Shown: positions 1 through 55,279, numbered from the stretch's first letter. The stretch is 64,000 bases of DNA from the human T2T-CHM13v2.0 reference genome, Homo sapiens (GCF_009914755.1 NC_060941.1), one strand, 5' to 3'. Translations and numbers: made by a program. Notes: generated by a model from the letters alone, not told the origin.

Positions 1-565
1 GAGTGCAGTGGCATGATCTCTCTCGGCTCACTGCAACCTCTGCCTCCTGGGTTCAAGCAATTTTCCTGCCTCAGCCTCCCAAAAACCTGGAACTACAGGC
101 ATATGCCACCACACCCGGCTAATTTTTGTATTTTTAGTAGAGACAGGGTTTCACCATGTTGACCAGGCTGGTCTCGAACTCCTGACCTCAGGTGATCCAC
201 CCGCCTTGGCCTCCCTCCCAAAGCGCTGGAATTACAGGCATGAGCCACCATGGCCAGACTTTTTTTTTTTTTTTTTTTTTTGACATGAGGTCTTGCTTTG
301 TCACCCAGGCTGTAGTGCAGTGGTGTTACCACAGCTCCCTGCAGCCTTGACCTCCCCTAGGCTCAGGTGATTCTCTCATTACAGCCTCCCAAGTAGCTGG
401 GACTACGGGCATATGCCACCACGCCCAGCGAATTTTTTGTATTTTTAGTAGAGATAGGGCTTCACCATGTTGCCCAGGTTGGTCTCGAACTCCTGGGATC
501 AAGCAATTCACCGCCTTGGACACCCAAAGTGTTGGAATTACAGGTGTGAGCCACAGCGCCCGGCC
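1..565 (-). mobile_element. Two tandem antisense Alus
   Basis: Alu consensus, poly-T at 260-281. Confidence 0.92.
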
Positions 566-574
566 AAGGGTAGG

Positions 575-680
575 GAATTTTGTCTGCTTTGTTCATTGCC
601 GTATCTGAAGTCGTTAGAATAGGGCCTAGCACGTAATAGGTGGTAAAAACAAAACAAAAAAACTGGTAAATGAATGAACC
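575..680 (+). mobile_element. L2 3' end fragment
   Basis: ttttgtctgctttgttcattgc..cctagcacgtaatagg..aaatgaatgaa. Confidence 0.6.
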
Positions 681-777
681 TGTCCTCAAAGTCCATCCTC
701 CAGGATGGAAGCCATCGTCCACGCTGGACTGAGTTGGCCTGGAGATAGGGATGACAATTATAACTTGACCACTTCTG

Positions 778-1397
<620 letters not shown>

Positions 1398-1518
1398 TAA
1401 AAGAAACCATAAATAAGTTGACCACTCTGGAGTCCTCACAATTTGCCTCATACTCTTCTTGGGGCCTCACACACATTACCTCATTTAATGATATTCTCAG
1501 TACAGCCACCCACAATAG

Positions 1519-1892
<374 letters not shown>

Positions 1893-2944
1893 TGACCCCA
1901 GATGCTCAATCTTTCCCTCTGCCATACTGCTAGACCTGGCCCTGAAGAGGCCTATGGCCCGCCAGCTGGTTACATAAACCACCGCACAAGGTCTCACGTG
2001 CTAAGTGCTAAATGTGTCATGTCTGACTCCACCCTTTCCCTCACTTCCACATCCAGCAGTCATCAAGTGTGGCTGAAATCGCCGCCGAGCTTGGGAATGG
2101 CTCTGGAAATCTTCCCTTCGATAGCTCAGGTCCTTGTTAACACTCACGTGGTCCAAGGTTATGGCCTCCCAGCTATCCCCTGGCCTCCAGGCTTACCTTC
2201 CTCCATCCAGCCCTCCTCCCCCTGAGGGTCAACGTCCCTAACCACAGTTCAGGACTATCACTCCTGGGCTCAAAACCTCCACTGGTCCCCACTGACTCTA
2301 GAAGAAAGTTCAAATTCTTCTACCAGGCAGTCAAGGGCTCTGGTCTAGCTCCAATCTTCCTTTTTAATCTTGCCTTGTGTTATCCTCTTCAAACACACAG
2401 TACTCAGCGTGAGCCAGGCGTGATGGCAGATACCCATAGTCCCAGCTACTCAGGAGGCTGCAGCTAGAGGATTGCTTGAGCCCAGGAGTTTGAGTCCAGC
2501 CTGGGCAATATATTGAGACCCAGTTTCTAAACAAATGAACAAAACCCCAGACACCCAGTGTGCTCTCCAGCTTCTACATGACCCACACCTTCATGCCTTT
2601 GCCTGTGCTGGCTTGTTCTGCCAGAAATGCTCTTTCCCCAAGCTTGTCAAAATCCCTCCAAAACGTTAAGATCTGACTCCAAGGCCACCTCCTTCTTGGC
2701 CCTCCCTGATCCACAGGATGAGAACGATCATTCCTTCCTCTGACTCATCAACCTTTTGTGCTCCTATGGCCAGCATCCACCTTACACAGCAGCAGAGACT
2801 CAGGTTCTCATGCCCTCAGCTGGGGATCCCTGAGCATCCGGGTCTTCTGAAATGGACTGCTGCAAATGCTAAGTTCTGCAGCAACTGGGGAGAAGAGTGT
2901 TGGAGGGAGTTGCACAGAAAGGACCATCCACTGAATGTTCCAGA

Positions 2945-3205
2945 AGGCAGCAGAGTACAGTAGTTAAGAGCACAAGATCTTCAACCTGATTGCCCGGGTT
3001 CAAATACAGCTTCACCTCTTACTAGCTAAGTGACTTGGGGCAGATTACTTAACTTCTCTGGACCTCAGCTGCCTCACTTGAAAAAGGGAGGTAGAGTGCC
3101 TACTTCAGGGTGTTGTTCTGAGGACAGAGTGGCCACATATAAGTGCCCTGAGGACAGGCTGGTGCACGGTCAGTGCTAAGCAAGTGTGTGCTGCCATTAT
3201 TATCA
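2945..3205 (+). mobile_element. MIR
   Basis: gggttcaaat..ttactagctaagtgacttggggcagattacttaacttctctg..cctcag. Confidence 0.75.
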
Positions 3206-5501
3206 GCGAAGCCCCAAGAAGGGAATTCCCAGTCCTGGGGGAGGGCTGACAGGGGCTGGCATAGGCACAGCCCCCAGACTATAGCCACTTTCCGGGTCCG
3301 TTTCCCATGTGCTTTTGGAAGATACGCAGGGCAGACAATCAGCCCCATTCTGCAGATGAGGAACTGAGCTTCCTTCAGATCAAGTGCCAGTGAGGGAATG
3401 GTAAAGACGCCAGAGCTCCTCAGCCCTGGACCATGGCTCCTTTCTCTTCACCAGACCGTCACTGTGCACCTGTTGAGCAGGCTCCCACGGCAGCCACCCC
3501 TTCCCAGCCCCCCATGCCGGAGGGCCTGTCCGCAGCACCCTCCCTTCCCCCACGTACACACATCCTTCCAGTGGGGCCGGGCACAGTAGACAGTGGTGTG
3601 CAGGCTTGGAATGCACTTGCACACACACCCCTAGAAGGGCCCAGTCCCCAAAGGTGAGGAAAACCTGTTCTGAGGAATCTGCCTAGTGAGCGAATTCTGT
3701 TCTGAGGCCCTTCCACCGTCGCAGGAGTGGGGCCCAGTGTGCGTCAGAGATACCCACAAGGGGGGCAGAGAGAGGGAGAGGGTGAAGCAGGAGGAGGCTG
3801 AAAACTTCACGTTTCTTTTTTCCATTTTAGTGACAAGAGTCACACCCAGCCTTTACATAAACATGGCCAAGGAGCCTCTCTGTCTAAGCTTACTTCCCTT
3901 GTGGCCGCCCAGCCTCTCCTCCGGGTGACCCTGACACGCTGGGCAGGCTCATGAGGGGCAAACATACAGACCCTGCAAAGATTAGCTGGGCCATCTGACA
4001 ACACCCATGCCTCCCGCCGGCCTCCATGCGCTACCCTGCATTTATCTCCCGCCTTCCTCATACCAAATCCCCTCCGCAGCCCCACCGCCACTTAAGCACA
4101 CAGACGGCAGGCACGCACACACAGCCTGCTTGCGGCTGGCCTCTTGGGTCTGAGGCCCACACTGCCCTTGTCACGCCACCTCCCTCCCCACATGTGTTTT
4201 CTGACCAGTTTGCCTCCCAGCTCAGCAGCCCAGACAGGCTCCTACAAACAACGTCACAAAAGAATCCTGTGGAGAATGTTGCAAACACACAACCTTCCCC
4301 TCGCTTGGCTGCCCATGATCCCATAAACACAACTGGCGCATTCCACCTCGAGCCCCTCACACCAGTGCCAACTGACCCACAGGCCCCTGAGACATACCCC
4401 GGGGTTCCTCGCTCCTCTCATGATCTTTGGGATCTGAGTTCTAGACGCGCAGCCCCCATGCAACGCGCTCATCACAGACACGCAAACCCATCCATCGCCC
4501 TCTTCACCACTGGACCACACCTCAGCAGGGCCACAGAAATGGGACCCAGACGTGACGCCTTCTGACTCAAAGGCCCACAACCGCCCCCTCCAAAAGGGCA
4601 CATACACTGCATCCTGGCACCCTCCGCAACACATACAGCATGCCAGCTCTGCAGAAAACAGTTCATAAACAGGTCATAGGTGCAGCACAAGACACACATG
4701 CGAGAAAACACATGCTGTAGAAAACATACAGCCCCACATCGAACAAACTCTGCACCCAGCATGCTGTGCCCTGCTCAGAATACCCATCTGTCACCCAAAG
4801 CCACAGGGCTCGTCTTGTAACTCTGCCCCACAACACTGGACACCCTTCCTGGCTTTCTATCTCCATGGCCCAGGGAGGGCCCTACCCAGACCCCTGGCTG
4901 CCAGCAAACGGTGGTGCCCAGGAGAGGTTTACCTTGCCCCACCACACAGCACAAGACACACGATCTCCAAGACTCACAGCCACAACCCTGCCCCGACGGC
5001 GCGGCGGTTCCGGGGCCCCAGCTCGCCCTGCGCACCCCGCACACCCCAACTCTGGGGCGCTCGGCGGCCCACCCCTCCCCCTCTCTGCCTGGCTCCTACG
5101 CCATCACCCTCCCAGCAGCTTGCAGCGCTTGCCCGGGCTCACACCCGCCCCACCCCACCCCCAATCTGCCCCACGGGGGGAGGGGGCCATTAGGCTGCAG
5201 AATTAACCCTTCAAAGAGGGAGTGAGCACCTCCCCTTCCACGGCCCCAGGCGATCGCGTCCCACGGCCGCCCCTCGCTCGGACGCCATACCAGGGCCCCC
5301 TTAGTCGCCCCCCAGCGTCGTGCGCGCCCGGGGGCGGGGCCAGGCTCAGCCCCCGACCCCTGCGCCCCCAGGTCAACCCCAAAGGAGAGCGGTCTGGGCG
5401 CGGGGCGCGGTCGGGGCTCCCGCAGCGCCGGGCAGCGGAGAGGGGGCCTGGCAGTTGGCTCCGGTCCGCCCTGGCCCTGCCCAGTTCGCCCCAGGGCCCA
5501 C

Positions 5502-5700
5502 CTGACTGCGATGGCGCCGCGTCCGCCAGGCCCGGCTCATCACCGTGGCCGCCCCCGGCCGCTCCGGTTTTGCCCGCCTCCAGCTCCGGCTCCGGCTCCA
5601 GCTCCGGCCCTGGCCCCCCCAGCGCCTGGCCCCGGCCCGGCCCCGCTGCCGCCGCCGCCGCCGCCGCTGACATCATCGGCTCCCCCCGCCCCGGTCCTAC
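5502..5700 (-). other. ZBTB4: Probable ZBTB4 first exon (proximal promoter); 5' end approximate
   Basis: Minus-strand donor CAG|GTGGG at 5502/5501 inside the CpG island; locus knowledge. Confidence 0.55.
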
Positions 5701-5755
5701 CCCCACCCCCACCCCCGGAAACAGTCCCCCCCCAGCGCCGCCGCCGCCGCCGCCG
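5648..5755. repeat. Two (GCC)6 trinucleotide tracts (5648-5665, 5737-5754)
   Basis: Read directly from the sequence. Confidence 0.9.
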
Positions 5756-6483
5756 AGAGGAGGCCGGCGCAGCGCAGCCGACACCGACACAAAGCTCCGA
5801 GCGCCCGACGGCCTTCCCCAGGACTGATCCCCGCGGCATGACACTGCGCCGCGCTGGGCCACCGGGCGGGTGGACACCGAGCGGGGCGCGGGCCGGGCTG
5901 CAGCATCCCGGCAGGGGCGCAAGACCACCGACCCCCAGGGAAAGGGCTCCCTCCGCCCTTCCTCTTGCACGCCCTTCACTCAGCGGTGCACACTGCCTGA
6001 AAGCATAACACACAGGCTCTCAGGGTGCAGACATGACATGGCAGACTCATAATCAGGCCCGGTGGGACTCACAGACCCAGGGTCGGCACACTCAAAGAGG
6101 GCCAGCCCTGAACACACACACACACCCTCTCCAGGAATGCGCAGGAAAGCTCAGCAGGCCGCGGAAAAAGAAGGCCCTGGCCCTGCATACGGGGCACACA
6201 CGAACGACCACCAGCGCAAATGAACACATGAAGCTGGCTGGGTACTTTGTCCCCACCAGCAGATAGATCCACATCTGTATACTTGAACATAAATGCAGAG
6301 GCCTTGGTGTCGGCCTCTGGGGACAGCATCAACAAAACACCAGGTGGAAGCACACACAGAAAAAACACATTCCTGAAACTCCACAGGGACAATCCCAAGA
6401 ACTCCTCCCTGGTGCTGGAAAATTAAAAACTAAGGAGATGGAGGAGCCAGGGTTCACAGCTCCTTGCCTTAAAACCTCTCTGA

Positions 6484-6843
<360 letters not shown>

Positions 6844-6870
6844 CTAGCCATAAAAAGAATAAAAGAATCA

Positions 6871-7440
<570 letters not shown>

Positions 7441-7562
7441 CTACCACCTCAGGAGAGTTCCAGGGAAGAACCCCACCCCCACTCCAACCATGTCACAATG
7501 GCTGGAGCTCTGAGGGGCCCAGGCTCCCTGAGCCAGGAGGAGAGGAGAAAGTCCAAGGAAAG

Positions 7563-9047
<1,485 letters not shown>

Positions 9048-10157
9048 GATAGAACTTGGGAGCCCGGGGGTTGGGAGGGACAGGGATAAATAGAGGCAAA
9101 GACTGAAGACAAACATGGGAGGAGAAGTGACTGGAAAAGAACTGGTGTGGGAGAAGGATACCTCTCAGAGTCAAGGGTGACTTGGGGACTTGGTGGAGAG
9201 GGACTACCTGGAAGACCTGGGGCCAGCCTGGGACCAAGGGATGTGGAGACCAGGCTGGGTCCTGGAATCAGGGCATAACTAAGGGGTAAAGTCTGAGGAG
9301 CAGATCCAAACGGCTGAGGCAGGGAGGCCGTGGGCCACGGGGAGGACTTCACTCAGCAGCAAAGAGAAGAGCATTGGGGCTGGAGTGTTCCGGCAAAGAC
9401 AGAGCCAGCAGCTGCGGTGGGGGAGGGGAGCGTGCCTCCCCACCCCTCCCCTCACGGCAAAGGTTTCCTTTCCTCGTGCTTGTGCCCCCCCCTTGGGGTG
9501 GTGACGTGACATTGACATCAAACAAGGATTACTCTGAATGTGGCTTGCAGTGGTGTCGTCTCTGCTTTGGAGGGAGAGTGGAAAGTCCTACGACCGTTCT
9601 CATTGGAGAACCCCTTGGGATCCCCGCCCCCCATTTTATTCCTGAAATATTCTACAAAGTGGAGGATTTCCTAATGTTCAGATGCCTTGACCCCAAATCC
9701 CCCAGGACTTTCGTGGCCCGCCCCATGGCTAATCTGCTTTTCTCGGATTGTCGCGGTCCCGTGATCTCTCCCGGACAGTGGCCACCCTCCTTCCAGAGCA
9801 GGCCTCCCAGCTGAAGTCTCTTCGAGAGGCTCAGGCCATGGATCTAGGATCATGGCTCGGTACAGCGCGGCATTACAGGCCAGGAGATGCCCACCCGTCT
9901 CCGGGGGCCGTTTGACAAACATCGGCTACTTCCGGACAAGCCACTGGTCCTGCCATCTTGGTTTGTTCATGCATATTCAGCAAGAGAACTGCATATTCAT
10001 GAGCAACCGCCCTTCCCCGGGAGGACCCGCCCCGCCCCGCCGCCATTACCGATTCGCAGAGCAGACCATTTTCCAGCTTGGGGGAGGCTACGAATGAGAG
10101 GCTTTTGCTGAAGATGAAACCGTTGTCCAAACTAGAATGAAAGCGGCCCAATTTTAC

Positions 10158-10300
10158 CCTCGAGTCTTCAAACCTTAAGCCTCAGTGCAAAAGGGAGCAG
10201 CGAGGAGAGGCGGTGGGATTAAAGAAAAAAATTCTTCTCTCCCTGTCACTTCAAAAGGTCGCCCAACCAGCGAGCGGGGGGTTTACCCACGACTCTGGCT
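10158..10300 (-). other. ZBTB4: Possible ZBTB4 distal non-coding first exon, divergent from POLR2A
   Basis: Minus-strand donor AGG|GTAAAA at 10158/10157; head-to-head arrangement recalled from annotation; boundaries uncertain. Confidence 0.4.
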
Positions 10301-10383
10301 CGCACCCCTTGCGGGCCTGCGCAGGAGGCCCCGTAGCGCAAGGGAGGGCGGGAAAGGAAGGGGCGGGGACGCGAGGGCGAATC

Positions 10384-10391
10384 TATAAGAA
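10384..10391 (+). promoter_or_regulatory. POLR2A: TATA-like box of POLR2A; TSS expected about 10412-10425
   Basis: TATAAGAA just downstream of tandem Sp1 GC boxes; no ATG between it and 10812. Confidence 0.65.
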
Positions 10392-10778
10392 GCGTCGTTC
10401 AGCGAGTTCGCTGCTCAGAAGCGCCGAGAGCGCGGCCGGGACGGTTGGAGAAGAAGGCGGCTCCCGGAAGGGGGAGAGACAAACTGCCGTAACCTCTGCC
10501 GTTCAGGAACCCGGTTACTTATTTATTCGTTACCCTTTTTCTTCTTCCTCCCCCAAAAACCTTTTCCTTTTCCCTTCTTTTTTTTTCCTTTTTGGGAGCT
10601 GAAAAATTTCCGGTAAGGGAAAGAAGGGCTCCTTTCGCTCCTTATTTCCCCGCCTCCTTCCCTCCCCCACCTTCCCCTCCTCCGGCTTTTTCCTCCCAAC
10701 TCGGGGAGGTCCTTCCCGGTGGCCGCCCTGACGAGGTCTGAGCACCTAGGCGGAGGCGGCGCAGGCTTTTTGTAGTGA

Positions 10779-40241
<29,463 letters not shown>

Positions 40242-40651
40242 GGGCACGTGGGGTGCGGCAGCGGGCTAGGGCCCAGGGCAGCTTGCCCGTGCTGCCGTGC
40301 AGTTCTTGCCTCCCTCACGGGGCGTCACCCCCAGCCCAGCTCCGTTGTACATAAATGCCTTGTGGCAGAGCTCCCGGTGAACTTCTGGATCCCGTTTCTG
40401 ATGCAGATTCTTGTCTTGTTCTCCACTTGTGCTGTTAGAACTCACTGGCCCAGTGGTGTTCTCACTCCTACCCCACCCACCCCCTGCCTGTCCCCAAATT
40501 GAAGATCCTTCCTTGCCTGTGGCTTGATGCGGGGCGGGTAAAGGGTATTTTAACTTAGGGGTAGTTCCTGCTGTGAGTGGTTACAGCTGATCCTCGGGAA
40601 GAACAAAGCTAAAGCTGCCTTTTGTCTGTTATTTTATTTTTTTGAAGTTTA

Positions 40652-40657
40652 AATAAA
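40652..40657 (+). terminator. POLR2A: POLR2A canonical polyadenylation signal AATAAA
   Basis: AATAAA preceded by a U-rich tract, about 410 nt after the stop codon. Confidence 0.9.
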
Positions 40658-41264
40658 GTTTACTAATTTTGACCAAAAGTATGTACATCGAGTGCTTCAT
40701 TGGGGTTCAGGAGACCCCCAGGCCCCTGCCTCCTGCCTGGGCTGCTGCTTGATCTGTTAGGGGGAGGGGACCAGGAAAATGGGAGGGTACCTTACAGTCA
40801 GCCCACACACAGCCCCTGCTCTGTGCCAGGCACTGCTCTGTACTGAGTTTGTTGTAGTCACAACAGATGCAGCTCTTGTCCTCTATTAAGGTGATATTGA
40901 CCATAACAGCTTTTTAACTTGTTTTACTGATTGTCATAAATAATTTGGAAAAGTGTAGAAAAGTATAATGCAGAGGGAGAAAAATGATCACCCATAATCC
41001 CACCACTAGGAGGCATACTTTCTTTGGTATTTTTTCCTATACTTTTCTTGAGTCACTAACAAGTGAACAAAAATGTACTTTGATTTTGGCCTCAAACCAA
41101 GAATGAAAAGATTATATAGATGTTGTAATACAGAAGCTGAAGTAAAAGGACTTGGGGGTAATACGCTAGTTTTAGCCGGCTATTTTTCCCCCTTTCATTA
41201 GCACCTTAATGTGGTATCAATGTTCTACATCCTCTGCAAGTCATTTCTGATTTACCTGAGGTAT

Positions 41265-48890
<7,626 letters not shown>

Positions 48891-48899
48891 AGGTGATAC

Positions 48900-49222
48900 T
48901 GTTGCAGAAAAACCAGGTTCTTATCACACGACCAGGAAAATTTACGCACACGGACACATTGAACAGTGGGTAGAGCGGGGTTTATTGGGTGAAAAGGAAA
49001 AAAAAAAGAAAGAAACTCTCAGCAAAGTGAGAGGGCAGTCCTGCGAGCAGGCCCCCACCTTACAGATTGAATCCCAGGCCACCACACAGGAACTGAAGAG
49101 GCCAGGCTCCACCTGGATGCAAACGGCGTGAACTAACATGGCTCCACCACATTCTTCTAGTACGTAGGCTGGTCGGAGATTCTCTGGGGACCCACCCCCT
49201 TATCTGCTTCCTGCATCTATCA
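48900..49222 (-). mobile_element. ERV1 3' LTR (MER61-like)
   Basis: TG..CA ends on minus strand, AATAAA on minus at 48981-48986, purine-rich PPT-like sequence adjacent. Confidence 0.7.
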
Positions 49223-49614
49223 TTGTTAATCCCGCCTCTAAAGAAGTCCATCTAACTGCTGTTAGAACAAGGATAAGGATAAAGACCAAGACCGGTCTTA
49301 ACTGCTTCCTGCTGACAGGGGGCGCTGTTTTGAGAAGATGGCTGTCGGAGCTCCCTTAGAGGCCTATCTAAGGGTCCCTGGCAAAAGGGGCCGCCATCAT
49401 CTGAGGCTCCAGTTGCATGACCATTTGGAGTTTGATGGCCTGAAGCCGAGAAGAGACAAACCAGGTTGTCAGAAAACTTGTATCAAGGCAAAATAAGGTG
49501 GGGGTAAGGACAGCTTAAAAATCCTGAGGCCTTGGCTGGGAGTGGTGGCTCACGCCTATAATCCCAGCATTTTGGGAGGCCGAGGCGGGTGGATCACCTG
49601 AGGTCAGGAGTTCA

Positions 49615-50185
<571 letters not shown>

Positions 50186-50310
50186 TTACCCTTTTTACCC
50201 TTTCACCAGCATGTCAGGCTTCTGGGTTCCCCTCCCCTGAGCCCCATCCTAAGCCAACCAGTCTAAGGTTTGGGAAATTTTTTTTCTTTTTTTCTTTTTT
50301 TGTTTTTTGA

Positions 50311-50471
<161 letters not shown>

Positions 50472-50723
50472 TAGTAGAGAGGGGGTTTCACCGTGTTAGC
50501 CAGGATGGTCTCGATCTCCTGACCTCGTGATCCGCCCATCTTGGACTCCCAAAGTGCTGGGATTACAGGCGTGAGCCACCGTGCCCAGCAGGATTGGGAA
50601 ATTAACTCTTCTCAGTTTGGAGGATGCATCTGAGGGGAATGTCCCGTAGTATGGAGACACAATTACCTATCGGTGAAGAGAGGACAGAGGAGAAAAAAGG
50701 AAAAAAAGAAGGCGTTTTCCTCA

Positions 50724-51133
<410 letters not shown>

Positions 51134-52092
51134 CTAGAAAGAGGGGAACAGGTCTGTCCCTGGTTCCTTTCCCTTCCTAGCAAATACCCAGAGTACGTGA
51201 GGGAGAGAAAGTGAGGTGTCACTCCTTCTCTCTTCTGTCCTTGTATCCCGGAGTCCCAGCAACCATGACAGGTTCCCACCCATGGGTGTCAAAGTGGTTT
51301 TCACTCATATTAACAGGGGGTTCTAGGGGGTGGGAGTATTTACTCTTACCCACATATGCCCTATCTCCCCTGCTGTCAGTAGCTTTTAAATTCCCTAGAC
51401 CTCATTTATGCCACAGATACTAGCATGATCTTTATCCATGGAACGGGAAGCTTGGCTTAATCAGCAGGAATTAATTATGCTCACCTGCACTGTGCCTTTT
51501 AACTTCCATTATCACCTGCCTCTGGATCCCTCAGATCCAGTTTTCTTTCTAGGGCTTTGACCGGAAGCTTGAAATTGAGTTTGGGACAAAAATGTTTTTT
51601 GGGGGGTTGTGTGGACTCCTTATCATAAGCTGAATGCTAGGGTGAAGATGTGGGATTGAGTCTTCCTCCAACAAAGGAGAGAAAAAGATGTCTTGTGACA
51701 TGGCCAGATAACTGGTGGCTATAGTTATGCTTCCTGGGATTTGGGTGCATGAGGCTTGGCTTTTGTTAGCTCCCTTGGTCTTACTTTCCCACAAAGGAAA
51801 CCTCTGGGTTATGGGCACTGTATTTATTCCCATCACCTGGAAGGATTTGCAGGATAATTGCTCAGAACTAGAATATTGATCCAGATTTTTACATTACCCA
51901 TCCCTCTTGTTGTTTCTGAGCTGCAGCCAGAGATCCCTGGTTGGTTTACAGGAATAAGCAGGGTTAGTTTAAAATGTAGGCAAAACTTAGAAACAACTAA
52001 TGAGTCTAAACTTTAATGACAAATATATAAGTTTTGAAATATAATTTCTCTCTCTATATTTTTTTAATCTTTTTTTTTTTTTTTTTTTTTGA

Positions 52093-52742
<650 letters not shown>

Positions 52743-53274
52743 TAAAAACAAATCAAGTTAGAACTCAGTTGTTTGCAAAATCGACTTTAATCTTATACTT
52801 GGCCTGATTATTTGCATAAAGTGCAGCAAAAATAATTATTTCTACATAGGCCTTTTAGATTGACTTTGATGGAACTCTGTTCCACAAGGAATTTCAGATA
52901 AGACCTTTTAAAGCTCAGGCCAGCCATGAGTTTGTATCCTCAAATACCTGTGAGTTGGGTAAACTCCTCTCTTCTTGAGGTCCCAAGAGCATGTGTTTTC
53001 TGGGCCTGTTGGAAAGTGACATTCTTTACTCATTGCAGGTTAGGAACCCTGTATGGAGACTGTGTAGACAAGGGCATGAAGCCAGTTTTACCAAGGGACT
53101 TTTATTGGCTCTGCAAGTTGAGATTGACTCCTTAAAGGGAAGCATACCATTCCAGTCAAAGCCTTGGTAAAACAACCAGTTTCTCCAATTGCATCCTGTT
53201 GCAAAAGAAAATGGATTCTTACTGCACTGATACAAACAACTATATTGTCATAAGTTATGAATACTCATAGATAG

Positions 53275-53551
<277 letters not shown>

Positions 53552-53923
53552 TAGCCAGGATGGTCTCGATCTCCTGACCTCGTGATCCACCCGCCTTGGC
53601 CTCCCAAAGTGCTGGGACTACAGGCGTGAGCCACCGCGCCTGGCCACCCTACTCAATTATTAAAGGCTGTAAATAATTCCTAATAATTTTCCTCGACTCT
53701 GAAAAATGAAACAAGGATCAGCAATGTTCCAAGCAAAAGTCCAAAAGATTACTTCAGTTTTCTATTAGTTCAGTCCATTCAGTTAACTCTTGTTTTGCTT
53801 GATATTCATGAACATTTCAGCTCTTCATGAGTCCTGTACATTTTTCCTGTGTGCCAATGTCACAATCTCCAAAGTTATCAGAAACTGATATTTGAGCATA
53901 CTTGTCAGAGTCCTATAGCTTAT

Positions 53924-54052
53924 TTTTTTTTTTAATTTTGCTTTAAGTTCTTGGATACATGTGCAGAACATGCAGGTTTGTTACATAGGTATACATGTGC
54001 CATGGTGGTTTGCTACACCTATCAACCTGTCATCTAGGTTTTTTGTTTTTTG

Positions 54053-54112
<60 letters not shown>

Positions 54113-54652
54113 CGGAATTTCGCTCTTGTTGCCCATGCTGGAGTGCAATGGCATGTGATCTTGGCTCACCACAAGCTCCACCTCCCGGGTTCAAGTGATT
54201 CTCCTGCCTCAGCCTCCCAAGTAGCTGGGATTCCAGGCATGTGCCACCATACCTGGCTAATTTTGTACTTTTAGTAGAGACGGGGTTTCTCCATGTTGGT
54301 CAGCCTGGTCATGAACTCCTGACCTCAGGTGATCTGCTCGCCTCGGCCCCCCAAAGTGCAGGGATTACAGGCGTGAGCCACCGTACCCAGCCTATCATCT
54401 AGGTTTTAAGCCCCACATGCATTAGGTATTTGTCCTAATGCTCTCCCTCCCCTTGTCCCCCACTCCCTGACAGGCCTTAGTGTGTGATGTTCCCCTCCCT
54501 GTGTCCATGTGTTCTCATTGTTCAACTCTCACTTATGAGTAAGAACATGTGGTGTTTGGTTTTCTGTTCCTGTGTTAGTTTGCTGACAATGATGGTTTCC
54601 AGCTTCATCCATGTCCCTGGAGAGGACATGAACCCATTCTTTTTTATGGCTG
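53924..54652 (-). mobile_element. 5'-truncated L1PA 3' end, containing an Alu (about 54043-54392)
   Basis: tacatgtgcagaacatgcaggtttgttacatagg; TSD CAGAGTCCT(A/G)TAGCTTAT at 53906-53923 and 54653-54670. Confidence 0.9.
54054..54112. repeat. (TG)n(AG)n compound microsatellite derived from an Alu tail
   Basis: Read directly from the sequence. Confidence 0.95.
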
Positions 54653-55279
54653 CAGAGTCCTGTAGCTTATGAAAAGGATCAAAACAAGACAACAATTGTC
54701 TGTGAATAACAAAATGTCCAGGGTAGTTACAGTTAGAAACACAATTGACAAAGAACTTTGGTTATCTCTGTGGTTTACAATAACTTAACAACCTTAATTA
54801 TGACTGATAGCATATACTTTAGACATTAGAATTTTAGAAATCCCACACAATTTTGGAACATACATTAGTATTATTCACCAGAATATAACCTAAAGAAGAT
54901 TGGACACCATTTTGGCAATCCCATGTAACTAAACTTGTCAAATAATTCTGTTTACCTCTCTTTTGGATACTGCAGGGGCCCTCTGTAGCATCCAAAAGCC
55001 AGCCATCAGGAAAGGCAATTTTGTAATGGAAGTTTAATTTCTGGAAGCCTGTTAAATATGTTAGAGGTTTAAAACACTTGATGTTATGAAATAGAATTCC
55101 AAATTACTACAAGTTATTTATTTTGCTAAAATGACTCAGAAATTTAAAAGAGCAAAAACCTTTTATAACCCTTTACAAATTTTGTTAAAGAGCAGATTAG
55201 TGCCTTATGAGTGTCTTGTTGTGCTTTTATTTCAATGCTCAACTTACAGAAAAACCATATAACACCCTTTTGAATTTAG

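Larger units (their letters stand above)
4990..5990. promoter_or_regulatory. ZBTB4: CpG island, probable proximal ZBTB4 promoter (minus strand)
   Basis: Very GC/CpG-rich; C-rich plus strand on its left side fits leftward transcription; gene identity from knowledge of the locus. Confidence 0.75.

Noticed and set aside
4026-5206. 179-aa and 146-aa plus-strand ORFs
   Set aside because: Low-complexity C/A-skewed intronic sequence with no recognisable homology or splice structure
5203-6013. Multiple long overlapping ORFs on both strands
   Set aside because: Stop-codon scarcity in a CpG island; only the ATG-to-donor segment was kept as a lead
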